NCBI GenBank assembly: GCA_031409655.1
Contig: JANNXQ010000099.1
Location: 61,257 to 125,256 of the forward strand
Length of the DNA stretch: 64,000 nt
Origin: Chthoniobacteraceae bacterium
GTDB lineage: Bacteria > Verrucomicrobiota > Verrucomicrobiia > Chthoniobacterales > Chthoniobacteraceae
Direction of reading: 5' to 3'
Of this stretch, positions 54,290-64,000 are shown one piece after another (the stretch's first letter is position 1; each line of letters begins with the position of its first letter). The translations under genes and the position numbers were made by a program. Under the pieces are notes generated by a model. It worked only from the letters and a program-made list of their open reading frames with translations. It was not told the DNA's origin and did no database searches.

Positions 54290-54636
54290 CCCTGGGTGCT
54301 GTTCTACTGAACCACGTGACCGGGCGCCTCCACCCTACGACTATCCAGCAGATCGGCGATGAACTCGCGATCGCGTGGAGCGACGGCTCGGAAAGCTATC
54401 TCCGTCTGGAAGCCCTGCGGCGCGCCTGCCCGTGTGCGGCCTGCGGCGGCGAGCCGGACGTCATGGGGCACGTCGCGCGTCCCTCGGTCCACTACACCCC
54501 AGCGAGTTTCGAACTGCGCGGCTGGCAGATGATCGGCGGCTACGCGGTGCAGCCGACGTGGGGCGATAGCCACGGCTCCGGCCTCTACACATTCCCCTAC
54601 CTGCAACGCCTCGGCCGCGTCCCCGCGGGCTCCTAA
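54286..54636 (+). CDS. DUF971 / gamma-butyrobetaine hydroxylase N-terminal-like protein
   Basis: IAWSDG..S, LRRACPCAAC.G, GGYA.Q..W.D.H.SG.Y; the start may be slightly downstream. Confidence 0.85.
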   Translation: MTLGAVLLNHVTGRLHPTTIQQIGDELAIAWSDGSESYLRLEALRRACPCAACGGEPDVMGHVARPSVHYTPASFELRGWQMIGGYAVQPTWGDSHGSGLYTFPYLQRLGRVPAGS

Positions 54637-54640
54637 AAAA

Positions 54641-55102
54641 ATGCACCGCTCGCTCAAGCTCACGATTCTCGTCCTGCTCTTCGCCGTCTGTGGGGTCTCG
54701 GCGGTGGTGCAGCGGAAGCTGGAGCAGCGGCGCGTCTCCGCGCCGCCCAATGAACTCTACGAAGTCGTCTGGACGCAGATCCGCGCCATCCGCGCGGGCG
54801 ATGCGACCACCGCCTACCGCCATGCGTCGGCGGGCTTTCAGGAAAAGTTCAACGCCGAGTCTTTCGCCGATCTCGCGCGGACCGAATATCCCGGCCTCTC
54901 GCGCGCGGACCGGGTGGAATTTGGGGCCGTGCGCTTCGACGGCGTGCATGCGCTGGTGCCAGTTTATTTTTTCCTGCCAGATGGGGACGTCGTCCCCTGC
55001 CTCTATCGCCTCGTGAACGAGCGCAACACCTGGAAGATCGACGGCGCGCGAGTGCAGCAGCGGTGGCCCGCTGGTCGGCGGCTGGGCGGGATGCGGGCGT
55101 AG
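54641..55102 (+). CDS. DUF4864-like membrane-anchored protein
   Basis: N-terminal TM; QI.A.R.GD...AY..AS..FQ..F....F......Y, WKIDG. Confidence 0.7.
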   Translation: MHRSLKLTILVLLFAVCGVSAVVQRKLEQRRVSAPPNELYEVVWTQIRAIRAGDATTAYRHASAGFQEKFNAESFADLARTEYPGLSRADRVEFGAVRFDGVHALVPVYFFLPDGDVVPCLYRLVNERNTWKIDGARVQQRWPAGRRLGGMRA

Positions 55103-55226
55103 TCCGGGAGCGCCGCCGTCCTCGTGCGGCATCTTCCGGACGCGCGCAGCGCCATCCCATATTCCTTCGCTAGGCGTGAGGTGCTTCGCACGGAATGACG
55201 ATGCCGCACGGGACGGCGGCGCTCCC
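55099..55226. repeat. REPIN-like element, family A
   Basis: GTAG-TCCGGGAGCGCCGCCGTCCTCGTGCGGCATC...GATGCCGCACGGGACGGCGGCGCTCCC; begins at the TAG of the upstream gene. Confidence 0.88.
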
Positions 55227-55292
55227 AGGTCGGCAGGATTTGCTTTGAGACAAAGACCGGGGTGCCTACATTCCGCCTCCACTTTTTTACGT

Positions 55293-58046
55293 ATGGCCAT
55301 CTCGTTTGCGCACCGTTCCAATGCTGATCTGCTCGACCAAAACTACGCCCGCTGGCGTCAGGACCCTGCGTCCGTGGATACCGAGTGGGCGGCTTTCTTC
55401 GAAGGCTTCGAGCTCGGCAACACTCTCTCCGCAAAAAACGGTTCCGCGTCCGCATCCGCGCCGGCTGAGGGCGGGGGCACTGCGGAGGCCCCGCTCCAGA
55501 CCCGCGTCGATGGCCTCGTCTATGCCTACCGCACGCTCGGCCACACCATCGCCGAGGTCGATCCGCTCGCCCACGAGAAGCTGAAAAATCCGCTCCTGAG
55601 TCTGCGCGAACTCGGCTTTGACGAGAAGGATCTCGACCTCCCAGTCGCCTCGAAATTTTACCTCGGCGGCAAGCGCATGAAGCTGCGCGAAATGATCGCC
55701 TCGCTCGAGTCGATCTACTGCCGGCACATCGGCGCCGAGTTCATGCACATCCAGAATCCGCGGGTGCGAAACTGGGTGCGGGAGAAAATCGAAGGCACCA
55801 CGCCCGAGGCCGCGATTTCGCGCGACGTGCAGCGCCGGATGCTCCGCCAGCTCGCGAAAGTCGAGAGCTTCGAGAATTTCCTGCACAAAAAGTACGTCGG
55901 CCAGAAACGTTTCTCGCTGGAGGGTGGCGAAAGCCTCATCACCGCGCTCTACGGTGTGCTCGAGACCTCGCCGCAGCAGGGCGTGGCGGAGATCTGCATG
56001 GGTATGTCGCATCGCGGACGGCTCAGCGTCATCGCCGAATTTCTCCGGAAACCTTTCCGCCATCTTTTCGCCGAGTTCTCCGAGAATTATCTGCCGAACG
56101 CGATCCTCGGTGATGGCGACGTGAAATATCACCTCGGCTATCACATCACGCGCAAGCTGAAGACCGGCGAGCAAGTCGAGGTGCGCCTCTCGGCGAACCC
56201 GAGCCATCTCGAAGCCGTCGATCCCGTGGTGGAAGGCATGGCTCGCGCGCGCCAGCGCATCCGGCAGGACACCGAGGAGCGGCGTTCGGTGATCGCCGTG
56301 CTCGTTCACGGCGACGCCGCGTTTGCCGGCCAGGGCATCGTCGCGGAGACGCTGAATATGTCGCAGCTCGCGGGCTACCGCACCGGCGGCACCATTCATC
56401 TCATCGTGAACAATCAGATCGGCTTCACCACGATGCCGGAGGACGCGCGCTCTTCCCGCTACTGCACCGATGTGGCGAAAATGATCGAGGCGCCCGTCTT
56501 CCATGTGAATGGCGACGACCCGATCGCCGTGCGTTTCCTCGCGGAACTCGCACTGGAATTTCGGCAGACTTTCAAGAGCGACGTCGTCATCGACATCGTC
56601 TGCTACCGCCGCTACGGCCACAACGAAGCCGACGATCCAGTCTCCACGCAGCCCACGATGTACGCGGACATCAATACGCACCCGAGCGTCGGGACGATGT
56701 TTAAGCAACGCCTGCTCACCGAGGGCACGCTCGCGCCGGAAGATGCGGCCGCATTGGAAAAGGAAATGGCCGAGCGCCACGACCGCGCGCTTTCGGAAGT
56801 GAAAGACGCGGAGAAGGACAAAGCGCTCGACCGCTTCACCGGCTCCACGGCGGTGGCGCAGCCGAAATATTCCCATGCCCCTGTCGAGACCGCGGTGCCG
56901 AAGGAGAAGCTCGCGATGATCGTGAAGGCACTCACGAATGTGCCCGATGGCTTCACCGTGCAGGGTAAGTTAAAAACCTTCCTGCTCGATAAACGCGCAA
57001 AGCTCTGGGCAAACGCAGGCCCCTTCGACTGGGCCTACGGGGAAGCGCTCGCGATGGGCTCGCTGCTCCTCGATGGCATCCCGGTGCGGCTCAGCGGACA
57101 GGATGTCCGCCGCGGCACCTTCAGCCAGCGGAATGCCTATCTTTACGATCAAAAGACCCGCGAACGCTGGTGCCTGCTCAAGCACATCGCCCCAGAGCAG
57201 GCGCGGCTCTGCATTCACAACTCGCTGCTCAGCGAGGCGGCCGTGCTCGGTTTTGACTACGGCTACTCGCTCAACTACCCGGACCTGCTCTGCCTGTGGG
57301 AGGCGCAGTTCGGGGATTTCGTCAATGGCGCGCAGGTCATCATCGACCAGTTCATCGCCAGCGCGGAGTCGAAGTGGCAGCGCCCGAGCGGCATCGTGCT
57401 GCTCCTGCCGCACGGTTACGAAGGCCAGGGTCCCGAGCACTCCAGCGCGCGGCCGGAGCGTTTTCTCCAGCTCTGCGCGGAGGAAAATCTGCAAGTCTGC
57501 AACCTCACCACGCCCGCGCAGTACTTCCACGTCTTGCGCCGGCAGATGATGCGCCCTTTCAAAAAGCCACTCGTCATCATGACGCCGAAGTCGCTGCTCC
57601 GCGCCGAGGCCGCCGTCTCGAAGCTCGCGGATTTCACCAACGATCGTTTCCACGAAATCCTCCCCGGCCCGCTCGCCGGCAAGGCCACCGCAGTGAAGCG
57701 CGTGATCCTTTGCTCCGGCAAAGTGTACTATGATCTCGTCGCCTTCCGCACTGAGCAAAACATCGGCAACACCGCCATCATTCGCATTGAGCAACTTTAC
57801 CCCCTCCATGATGCGGCGCTCGTCGAGGCCGTCGGCGATTTCAAGAACGTGGAGAAGATCGTCTGGTGCCAGGAGGAGTCGCTGAACATGGGCGCCTGGA
57901 GTTACATCGCGCCGCGGCTGCGCGACTTGCTCAGCGTCCCGCCGCGTTACGCCGGACGTGACGCCAGCGGCAGTCCCGCCGTCGGCTCGCTGGGCATCCA
58001 CAAGATGGAACAGCGCAAACTCATCGAGGAGGCGTTCACCGTTTGA
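55293..58046 (+). CDS. sucA: 2-oxoglutarate dehydrogenase E1
   Basis: GQKRFSLEG, GMSHRGRL, GDVKYHLG, NPSHLE, HGDAAFAGQG, WEAQFGDF, PHGYEGQGPEHSSAR. Confidence 0.97.
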   Translation: MAISFAHRSNADLLDQNYARWRQDPASVDTEWAAFFEGFELGNTLSAKNGSASASAPAEGGGTAEAPLQTRVDGLVYAYRTLGHTIAEVDPLAHEKLKNPLLSLRELGFDEKDLDLPVASKFYLGGKRMKLREMIASLESIYCRHIGAEFMHIQNPRVRNWVREKIEGTTPEAAISRDVQRRMLRQLAKVESFENFLHKKYVGQKRFSLEGGESLITALYGVLETSPQQGVAEICMGMSHRGRLSVIAEFLRKPFRHLFAEFSENYLPNAILGDGDVKYHLGYHITRKLKTGEQVEVRLSANPSHLEAVDPVVEGMARARQRIRQDTEERRSVIAVLVHGDAAFAGQGIVAETLNMSQLAGYRTGGTIHLIVNNQIGFTTMPEDARSSRYCTDVAKMIEAPVFHVNGDDPIAVRFLAELALEFRQTFKSDVVIDIVCYRRYGHNEADDPVSTQPTMYADINTHPSVGTMFKQRLLTEGTLAPEDAAALEKEMAERHDRALSEVKDAEKDKALDRFTGSTAVAQPKYSHAPVETAVPKEKLAMIVKALTNVPDGFTVQGKLKTFLLDKRAKLWANAGPFDWAYGEALAMGSLLLDGIPVRLSGQDVRRGTFSQRNAYLYDQKTRERWCLLKHIAPEQARLCIHNSLLSEAAVLGFDYGYSLNYPDLLCLWEAQFGDFVNGAQVIIDQFIASAESKWQRPSGIVLLLPHGYEGQGPEHSSARPERFLQLCAEENLQVCNLTTPAQYFHVLRRQMMRPFKKPLVIMTPKSLLRAEAAVSKLADFTNDRFHEILPGPLAGKATAVKRVILCSGKVYYDLVAFRTEQNIGNTAIIRIEQLYPLHDAALVEAVGDFKNVEKIVWCQEESLNMGAWSYIAPRLRDLLSVPPRYAGRDASGSPAVGSLGIHKMEQRKLIEEAFTV

Positions 58047-58050
58047 GCCC

Positions 58051-58139
58051 ATTTCAGATTGCAGATTTCAGATTGCCGATTGAAATGCCCGCCCGGGCCG
58101 CAGCTTCCGCCCATCTGAAATCCAAAATCTGAAATCCCA
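58051..58139. repeat. Hairpin of tandem heptamers (ATTTCAG/ATTGCAG ... ATCTGAA/ATCCAAA)
   Basis: ATTTCAG-ATTGCAG-ATTTCAG-ATTGCCG, then ATCTGAA-ATCCAAA-ATCTGAA-ATCCCA running into the sucB ATG. Confidence 0.85.
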
Positions 58140-59282
58140 ATGTCCTTCGAGATCAAAATTCCCGCCGTCGGCGAGTCCATCACCAGCGGCGTCCTCTCGA
58201 CCTGGCATAAGAATGACGGCGACGCCGTGCAGGCGGGCGACGCGCTCTTCACGCTGGAGACGGATAAAGTCTCGACCGAGATCACTGCGGAAAAAGGGGG
58301 CACCCTGCGCACTCGTGCCGCCGTGGGCGCGGAGGTGAAGATCGGGGAAGTGGTCGGGACGATCGAAGAGGGAGCCGCAGTGGCGGAGAAGAAAGCGGCC
58401 CCGGAGAAAAAAGGGGCCGCGCCGATTCCGCCGCCCGCGCTTTCCATCCAGCCGCCTGCGCCTTCCGCACCGCCGCCGACGCCACCGGCCCCGGCGATCT
58501 CCATGCCTTCGCTTTCCGCGGCGATCGCTTCGGCGAATGATTCGCTCGCGATCACCTCCGAGAACGTCGCGCCCGTCACCGAGGGCCGCAGCTCGCGGAA
58601 GAAGATGTCGCCGCTGCGGCGCAAGATCGCGCAGCAGCTCGTCTCCGCGCAACATACTGCGGCCATCCTCACCACTTTCAACGAAGCCGATATGTCCGCA
58701 GTGATGCGGCTGCGCGGCGAGATGCAGGAAGCCTTCACCAAGGAGCACGGCGTGAAGCTCGGCTTCATGTCCTTCTTCATCAAAGCCGTGGTCAGCGGAC
58801 TGAAGGCCGTGCCGGCGATCAATGGCCGCATGGATGGGGACGACTTCTTGCAGAATCACTTTCACGACATCGGCGTCGCCGTCGGCACCGAGCGCGGGCT
58901 GGTGGTGCCGGTGATCCGTGATGCGGACCGGAAATCCTTTGCCGACATCGAGCGCGACCTCGCGGCCTACGCGGTGAAGGCGCGGGAAGGGAAGATCAAG
59001 ATCGAGGATCTCACCGGCGGCGTCTTCACCATCTCGAATGGCGGCATCTACGGTTCGCTCCTTTCCACGCCGATCCTCAATCCTCCGCAGAGCGGCATCC
59101 TCGGGATGCACAAGATCCAGGAACGTCCGATCGCCGAGAAGGGTCAGGTCGTCATCCGCCCGATGATGTATCTCGCGCTGAGCTACGATCACCGGGTCGT
59201 CGATGGCAAGGAAGCCGTGACCTTCCTGGTGCGGGTGAAAGAGTGCATCGAGCAACCTGCGCGTTTGTTGCTCGAACTGTGA
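58140..59282 (+). CDS. sucB: Dihydrolipoamide succinyltransferase E2
   Basis: Lipoyl motif ETDKV, Pro-rich linker, [30 protein letters not shown]. Confidence 0.96.
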   Translation: MSFEIKIPAVGESITSGVLSTWHKNDGDAVQAGDALFTLETDKVSTEITAEKGGTLRTRAAVGAEVKIGEVVGTIEEGAAVAEKKAAPEKKGAAPIPPPALSIQPPAPSAPPPTPPAPAISMPSLSAAIASANDSLAITSENVAPVTEGRSSRKKMSPLRRKIAQQLVSAQHTAAILTTFNEADMSAVMRLRGEMQEAFTKEHGVKLGFMSFFIKAVVSGLKAVPAINGRMDGDDFLQNHFHDIGVAVGTERGLVVPVIRDADRKSFADIERDLAAYAVKAREGKIKIEDLTGGVFTISNGGIYGSLLSTPILNPPQSGILGMHKIQERPIAEKGQVVIRPMMYLALSYDHRVVDGKEAVTFLVRVKECIEQPARLLLEL

Positions 59283-59291
59283 TTCCTGCGG

Positions 59292-59797
59292 ATGACGGCC
59301 AATGGTCCCGCCGAGTTCCAGCGCATCTACCGGCTGCGTTTCGACCGCACGCGCGCCAGCACCTCGCGGCGGGCGTGGAGTTGATTGAGCAGGATTGCTC
59401 CACCCGCTGGCCCTTCGCAGACGGCACCCTCGATGACGTTTTCACGAGTAACTTCTTTGAGCATCTGCCGACCAAGGCGTCCTTGAAAGCGACGCTCGAG
59501 GAAGCGCACCGCTGTCTCACCCCAGGTGGTTCACTGATCGCCATGGGGCCGAACATCAAGTATCTCGCCGAAAGTTACTGGGACTTCTGGGATCACCACC
59601 TTGCGCTCTCGGACTACTCCCTGGCTAAAGGTTTGGAAAATTGCGGGTTTCGCATTGCCGAGCGCGTCGGGCGTTTCCTGCCCTACAAGATGGTGAACTC
59701 GCGCGAGTATCCGATGTCCTTCATCGCTGCCTACCTCCGCGTCCCGCTGGCCTGGAAATTCCTCGGCCACCAGTTCCTGCTCGTGGCGACGAAGTAG
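59292..59797 (+). pseudogene. Class I SAM-dependent methyltransferase with an internal deletion and frameshift
   Basis: The ATG at 59292 frame (MTANGPAEFQRIYRLRFD) stops at 59384; the C-terminal part (D.VFTSNFFEHL, L.PGG.LI) is in another frame; no Gly-rich SAM motif I in either frame. Confidence 0.7.
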
Positions 59798-59817
59798 GTG
59801 GGCAACTTCAAGGAGGA

Positions 59818-59861
59818 GGGGCGCCCTCGCCCCCAGAAGCAACTCGGGGCGAGGGCGCCCC
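59818..59861. repeat. REP-like hairpin, family C
   Basis: Perfect 16-bp arms GGGGCGCCCTCGCCCC / GGGGCGAGGGCGCCCC between convergent genes. Confidence 0.8.
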
Positions 59862-59883
59862 ATCTCCTTGGTCGCGCGCCGAG

Positions 59884-60948
59884 CTAGCTAGTGATCTCGA
59901 GCCAGCCAGGATGCTCCTCAGTGTGGCGGGCGATCTCGCCGAGGATGGACTCGAGTGAAATTTCCGGCCGCCACTCCCAGTGCTTCGCCGCGCGCCCTGC
60001 GTCCATGACCATCCACGGGATATCAAACGGACGCTCAGCGGAATCGCCCGGCACGGAAAGCGGTCCAAACCGATCTTCGCACCACGCGCTGAGTTGACGC
60101 AGCGACATGGCGCGTTCTTTGCCACCGGAGGCGTGCAAAATCTTCGGCGCGGTGCGGTCGGGATCGCGGAGTTGGGCGAGGACGAGCCGGGCGAGATCCC
60201 GCGGATGGAAACAATCCCGCACCTGATGACCGGTGCCGCCGAAGCCGATGTATTTCAAAGGCCGCCGCTGCGCCCAGGAATGGAGCCAGAAACTGAAGAT
60301 CCCCTGATCTGCCCGTCCAAATTGCCCCGCGCCGGCGAGCACTCCGCAGCGATTGATCCAGACGGGCAGCCGAAAGGCATCGGCGTATTCCAGCGCGAGT
60401 TGTTCCGAGCAAAGCTTCGTCGTGCCGTAGAGCGAGATCGGCGCAGCGGTGGAGAAATCTTCGGTCACGCCGGCCCCGGAGACACCCCAGGGCAGGAGCG
60501 CGTTTTCGTCCAGGGTGAAGGCTTTGTTTTCGACCTCAATCGGCAGCCGCGCGAGCTGCGGGATGGAATACACGCGACTCGTGCTCAGGAGCAGAAAACC
60601 CGCGCCGTGCGCCTTGCAATACTCCAGCATCTGCACGGTGCCGCCGAGATTGTGCTCCACGATCTGCCGGCTGCTCGTCCGCCCATCCACTCCGGCGAGC
60701 ACGCTGGCATTCGCCGCCGCATCGATCACCCAATCCGCGGCCGGCAGCGCATCGATGTCACTTTGCACCCGCAAGTCCGCATGCGTCACCTTCACCCCCA
60801 GCGCCTGGAGTCGGCGCCGATTCAGCTCGCTGCCGGCGCGGATGAAATTGTCGAACCCCGCGACCTCGATCGAAGAATCATGTTCGCGAAAATATTCCGC
60901 CAAGGTGCTGCCCACGAATCCGCAAATGCCGGAGATGAGCAGCTTCAT
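59884..60948 (-). CDS. NAD-dependent nucleotide-sugar epimerase/dehydratase (CDP-paratose 2-epimerase-like)
   Basis: ISGICGFVGS, DNF.R.GS, LSTSRVY, YGTTK, RCGVLAG..Q.G..DQG, GHQVRD. Confidence 0.88.
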   Translation of the reverse strand: MKLLISGICGFVGSTLAEYFREHDSSIEVAGFDNFIRAGSELNRRRLQALGVKVTHADLRVQSDIDALPAADWVIDAAANASVLAGVDGRTSSRQIVEHNLGGTVQMLEYCKAHGAGFLLLSTSRVYSIPQLARLPIEVENKAFTLDENALLPWGVSGAGVTEDFSTAAPISLYGTTKLCSEQLALEYADAFRLPVWINRCGVLAGAGQFGRADQGIFSFWLHSWAQRRPLKYIGFGGTGHQVRDCFHPRDLARLVLAQLRDPDRTAPKILHASGGKERAMSLRQLSAWCEDRFGPLSVPGDSAERPFDIPWMVMDAGRAAKHWEWRPEISLESILGEIARHTEEHPGWLEITS

Positions 60949-62486
60949 TGGGGAAGTGCGGGGATTTGTTTGATCAGGAGATCGTCCGTTTTCACGATCG
61001 TCGGCCAGGGCTCCACGATGGGGGTGAGGGAATCGGTATAACTCAGACGTTCCCGATCGAGACTGCCGGGATTCACTTGCTGCAAGGCGTGGAGGAGCGG
61101 CGGTTCGCTGATCATGACCAATTTGGTGTATCCGAGGGTTTGCAAGCGCGCGAGCGTGCCGGGGTCTTCGAGTAACTGAGTATTCCTGATCGCCAGGCCC
61201 TTGCGGTCGGCGAGGAAGAAATTCTCCGCACCCCAGCCGCTGCCTCCTCCGCCGCCGCTGCGGATCAGCAGCTTCTCGTTGGCGTTCGTATTTTCGCGGA
61301 TCGCGGCGATGATCCGGGTGCGGTAGGGATCGTGGTCGAGGACGATCTCGATCCCGATCAAGCCTTGGAGGGCGCAGGCGAGGAGGATCGCGAAGGCCCC
61401 GCCCGCCAGAACCCCGCGCTGCCAGGGTTTTCCGAGCTGCAGCAAACGCTCGAGACGGACCATCGCCGCGGCGCAGAGCAGGGCCACGGCTGGAGAAAAG
61501 AGCACGTAGTAGTGCCGATGGACGAGGACGACATGCGCAAAGACGAAGGTGGTCAGCAGCGCGGCCAGAAACCAAAGCTGGGCCATCCGACAGCGCGAAA
61601 AGAAGAGCGCCCACGCAGCCAGGGCCGCGAGGGCGAAACTGCCGAGCAGACAGTTCAGCGCGGCCCATCCGCCCTTTGCCCAATTGAAAGGATTCAGCCG
61701 AAAGGCGAGATCGCCGATATACCACTGCCACACGGAGGCCCCGCTCGGCGGCTCGGAGAAGGGCAGCTCCGAAAGGCTGTGACACCACCCGATGTAGCGC
61801 GTCCAGAACAGGAAGGCGACGCCGCTCACCAAGCCGACGGTGGAGAGCCCGATCCAGGCCGCGCCGGACTTCCGGGCATGCGCAAGAAGAAGGCCGAAAC
61901 TGAGCAGCCCGACCGTCATGAAGAGGGGCAGCTTGGACACTGCGGAGAGCACGCCAAAGATCGCCGCCGGAAAGACCCAGCCCACCTTCCCGGTGCGGAT
62001 GAGTCGTTCCGCGAAATAGGCAAACCAGATGGACAGCACCAGCGACAGTCCATCCGCCGAGGCCTGACCACTGATCAAGATCAGGATCGGCTGGACGATC
62101 AGAAAGATCAGCGCCCACCAGCCGCCACGAGGACCGAGTTCCACGCTGGCCAGGCGGTAGAGCGGCCAGAAGCCAGCGGCAAACAAGGCCAGCGACAAGA
62201 GATTCGCCCACCCAAACCAAGTCCCCAGCACCTTGAACGTCACCCCCGCCAGGCCCTGCCAAAGCGGAAACTCCTGCGGGGTCGGCGCACCATTGACATT
62301 GAAACCCACGATGACGGGCCGCAGCAAATCAATCGGACCTTTGGCGTACTCCAGCGCGGCGCTGAGATGGATGTCGCGGATGTGCGCATACCCAGCTCGC
62401 GCGCTGGCGACATGATAGCTGGCGACGAGGGCAAAGAGCGCGACCGCGACCGCGATCAGCGGTCCGGTTCTCGGTGGGGATTGCAT
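60945..62486 (-). CDS. Multi-pass membrane protein, GT-C (ArnT/PMT-like) glycosyltransferase
   Basis: PQEFPLW, many TM helices, ADGL, SKLP, HRHYY; soluble C-terminal domain; coupled to the epimerase. Confidence 0.7.
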   Translation of the reverse strand: MQSPPRTGPLIAVAVALFALVASYHVASARAGYAHIRDIHLSAALEYAKGPIDLLRPVIVGFNVNGAPTPQEFPLWQGLAGVTFKVLGTWFGWANLLSLALFAAGFWPLYRLASVELGPRGGWWALIFLIVQPILILISGQASADGLSLVLSIWFAYFAERLIRTGKVGWVFPAAIFGVLSAVSKLPLFMTVGLLSFGLLLAHARKSGAAWIGLSTVGLVSGVAFLFWTRYIGWCHSLSELPFSEPPSGASVWQWYIGDLAFRLNPFNWAKGGWAALNCLLGSFALAALAAWALFFSRCRMAQLWFLAALLTTFVFAHVVLVHRHYYVLFSPAVALLCAAAMVRLERLLQLGKPWQRGVLAGGAFAILLACALQGLIGIEIVLDHDPYRTRIIAAIRENTNANEKLLIRSGGGGGSGWGAENFFLADRKGLAIRNTQLLEDPGTLARLQTLGYTKLVMISEPPLLHALQQVNPGSLDRERLSYTDSLTPIVEPWPTIVKTDDLLIKQIPALPQ

Positions 62487-62598
62487 CGCCACGAAACTTT
62501 CAAGCCGCACGCTGATTGTCACGCGGGAAGCTTCCTTCGAGGCGTTACCCGCCGCGCTCCTTGACCCGCCCGGCGGGCTCTGCTTGCTTCCCGGCCCG

Positions 62599-63732
62599 AT
62601 GCTCCGACTCGCGCTCAAGATGCTCTATGGTGATCGCGCGAAATACGGGATGCTCATTTGCGGGCTCGCGTTTTGTGCGCTGCTCATGACGCAGCAGAGC
62701 TCCGTCTTCCTCGGTCTGCTGCGCTGGACGACGGCGACGATCCGCAACATCAATGTGCCCATCTGGGTCGCCGACGCGAACGTCGAGCAGGCCAATGAAA
62801 TCGTGCCGATGCGCGACATCGAGGTGGAGCGGGTGCGCAGTATCGAGGGCGTCGAATGGGCGGTGCCGATGTACTGGAGCATCCTCCAGGCGCGGCTGAA
62901 GGATGGCTCCTTCCAAGCCGTGCAACTCACCGGCCTCGACAGCGCGTCGCTCGTCGGACGGCCGGGGAAGATGACGGCGGGAAACGTCGAGGATCTGCGG
63001 CTGCCGAATGCCGTGCTCATCGATCAGGTCGGCATCGCGAAGTTTAAGAAAAAGGGCATCACGATCGAGATCGGGAGTGTCTTTGAGATCAATGACAAGG
63101 AGGCGCGCGTGGTCGGGATCTGCGAGACGGAGCGGAGCTTCCTCGGACAGCCATACATCTTCACCACTTACGAGCGCGCGCTCGAGTATGCGCCGCCCTT
63201 GCGGAAGCAGCTCAGCTTTGTGCTCGTGAAACCGCGCGACGGAGTTTCCGCCAGCGAGGTCGTCGCGCGGATCAATCAGCTCGGCAACGTCCATGCCTTC
63301 ACCGATGCGGAGTTCCGCGACCGCACCTTCTGGTGGTATTTCAAAAACACCGGCATCCCGATTTCCTTCGGCACCGTCGTGATCCTCGGCGTCATCGTCG
63401 GGATCGCCGTTGCCGGGCAGACCTTCTATCTTTTCGTGCATGAAAATATCCGCTTCATGGCCGCGCTCAAAGCCATGGGCGCCCGCACCGGTACGCTCGC
63501 GAAGATGGTCTTCCTGCAAGCCTTCGCCGTTGGTTTCGCCGGCTACGGCATCGGGCTCGGGCTGGCCACGATGTTTGGCAATGCCGTGCTCAAAGGCGGC
63601 GAGCCCCCCTTCTTCATGCCTTGGGAAGTGCCGGTATTTACCGGCGCAGTGATCCTTTTGATCTGCTGCTTTTCCGCGCTCATCGGCCTCGTGAAAATCA
63701 TCCGGGCCGAGCCGGCGGTCGTTTTTCGTTGA
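62599..63732 (+). CDS. ABC exporter permease (DevC/FtsX-like)
   Basis: LKMLYGDRAKY, periplasmic MacB-like domain, GQTFY.FV.EN...AALKAMGA, EPA.VFR. Confidence 0.9.
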   Translation: MLRLALKMLYGDRAKYGMLICGLAFCALLMTQQSSVFLGLLRWTTATIRNINVPIWVADANVEQANEIVPMRDIEVERVRSIEGVEWAVPMYWSILQARLKDGSFQAVQLTGLDSASLVGRPGKMTAGNVEDLRLPNAVLIDQVGIAKFKKKGITIEIGSVFEINDKEARVVGICETERSFLGQPYIFTTYERALEYAPPLRKQLSFVLVKPRDGVSASEVVARINQLGNVHAFTDAEFRDRTFWWYFKNTGIPISFGTVVILGVIVGIAVAGQTFYLFVHENIRFMAALKAMGARTGTLAKMVFLQAFAVGFAGYGIGLGLATMFGNAVLKGGEPPFFMPWEVPVFTGAVILLICCFSALIGLVKIIRAEPAVVFR

Positions 63733-63733
63733 G

Positions 63734-64000
63734 ATTTACGGACCCGACAACGGCCACTCCGCCATCGCCGTCCGGGCTAACGGGGTGCGCAAGACCTTTG
63801 GTTCCGGCGACTCCGCAGTGCTCGCGCTGAAAGGCGTCGATCTCGAGGCGCGCTGCGGTGAGATGCTCATGATCGTCGGACCGTCCGGCTGCGGGAAGAC
63901 TACCTTCCTGAGCGTCATCTGCGGGACGATGCGTTACGACGCAGGCACGGTGGAAGTCTTCGGGCGCGACCTGCATTCCATGAGCGAGGGCCAGATCACC
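63734..64000 (+). CDS. ABC exporter ATP-binding protein (DevA/LolD-like), 3'-truncated by the window edge; start uncertain
   Basis: VRKTFGSG...V.ALKGVDL....GEML.IVGPSGCGKTT; not in the ORF track because the window holds no stop codon. Confidence 0.88.
   Translation, partial: MYGPDNGHSAIAVRANGVRKTFGSGDSAVLALKGVDLEARCGEMLMIVGPSGCGKTTFLSVICGTMRYDAGTVEVFGRDLHSMSEGQIT

Noticed and set aside
59884..62262. 792-aa fused epimerase ORF
   Set aside because: The first 438 codons are an alternate frame of the GT-C gene; the epimerase starts at ATG 60948.

Overview
High-GC bacterial chromosome segment made mostly of housekeeping genes (dnaX, bioF, proC, ruvX, truA, argG, lipA, glnB, uppP, class II nrdJ, mtnP, yggS, sucAB), plus envelope, glycosylation and transport genes. 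Gene style and repeat types suggest Verrucomicrobiota, probably Chthoniobacterales-like; this is inference, as no marker gene was checked. I found no rRNA, tRNA, CRISPR array, transposase or prophage. Points of interest: (1) a stand-alone late-flagellar module without flagellin: fliD, a coupled unknown lipoprotein, a FlgM-like gene behind a sigma28-type promoter, fliS, a FliT/FlgN-like gene and a degenerate REC-HD-GYP gene; (2) a dense set of palindromic elements, with four REP/REPIN-like families and hairpins built from 6- or 7-nt tandem units, several abutting start codons or translated inside proteins; (3) a translationally coupled ECF sigma, anti-sigma and circularly permuted flavoprotein-4Fe-4S membrane fusion; (4) sigma54-type promoters in front of small genes, one too short for the ORF track; (5) tandem NrdR boxes and a DnaA box before nrdJ; (6) a methyltransferase pseudogene with an internal deletion. 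All calls come from reading motifs by eye, and start codons were chosen by inspection.
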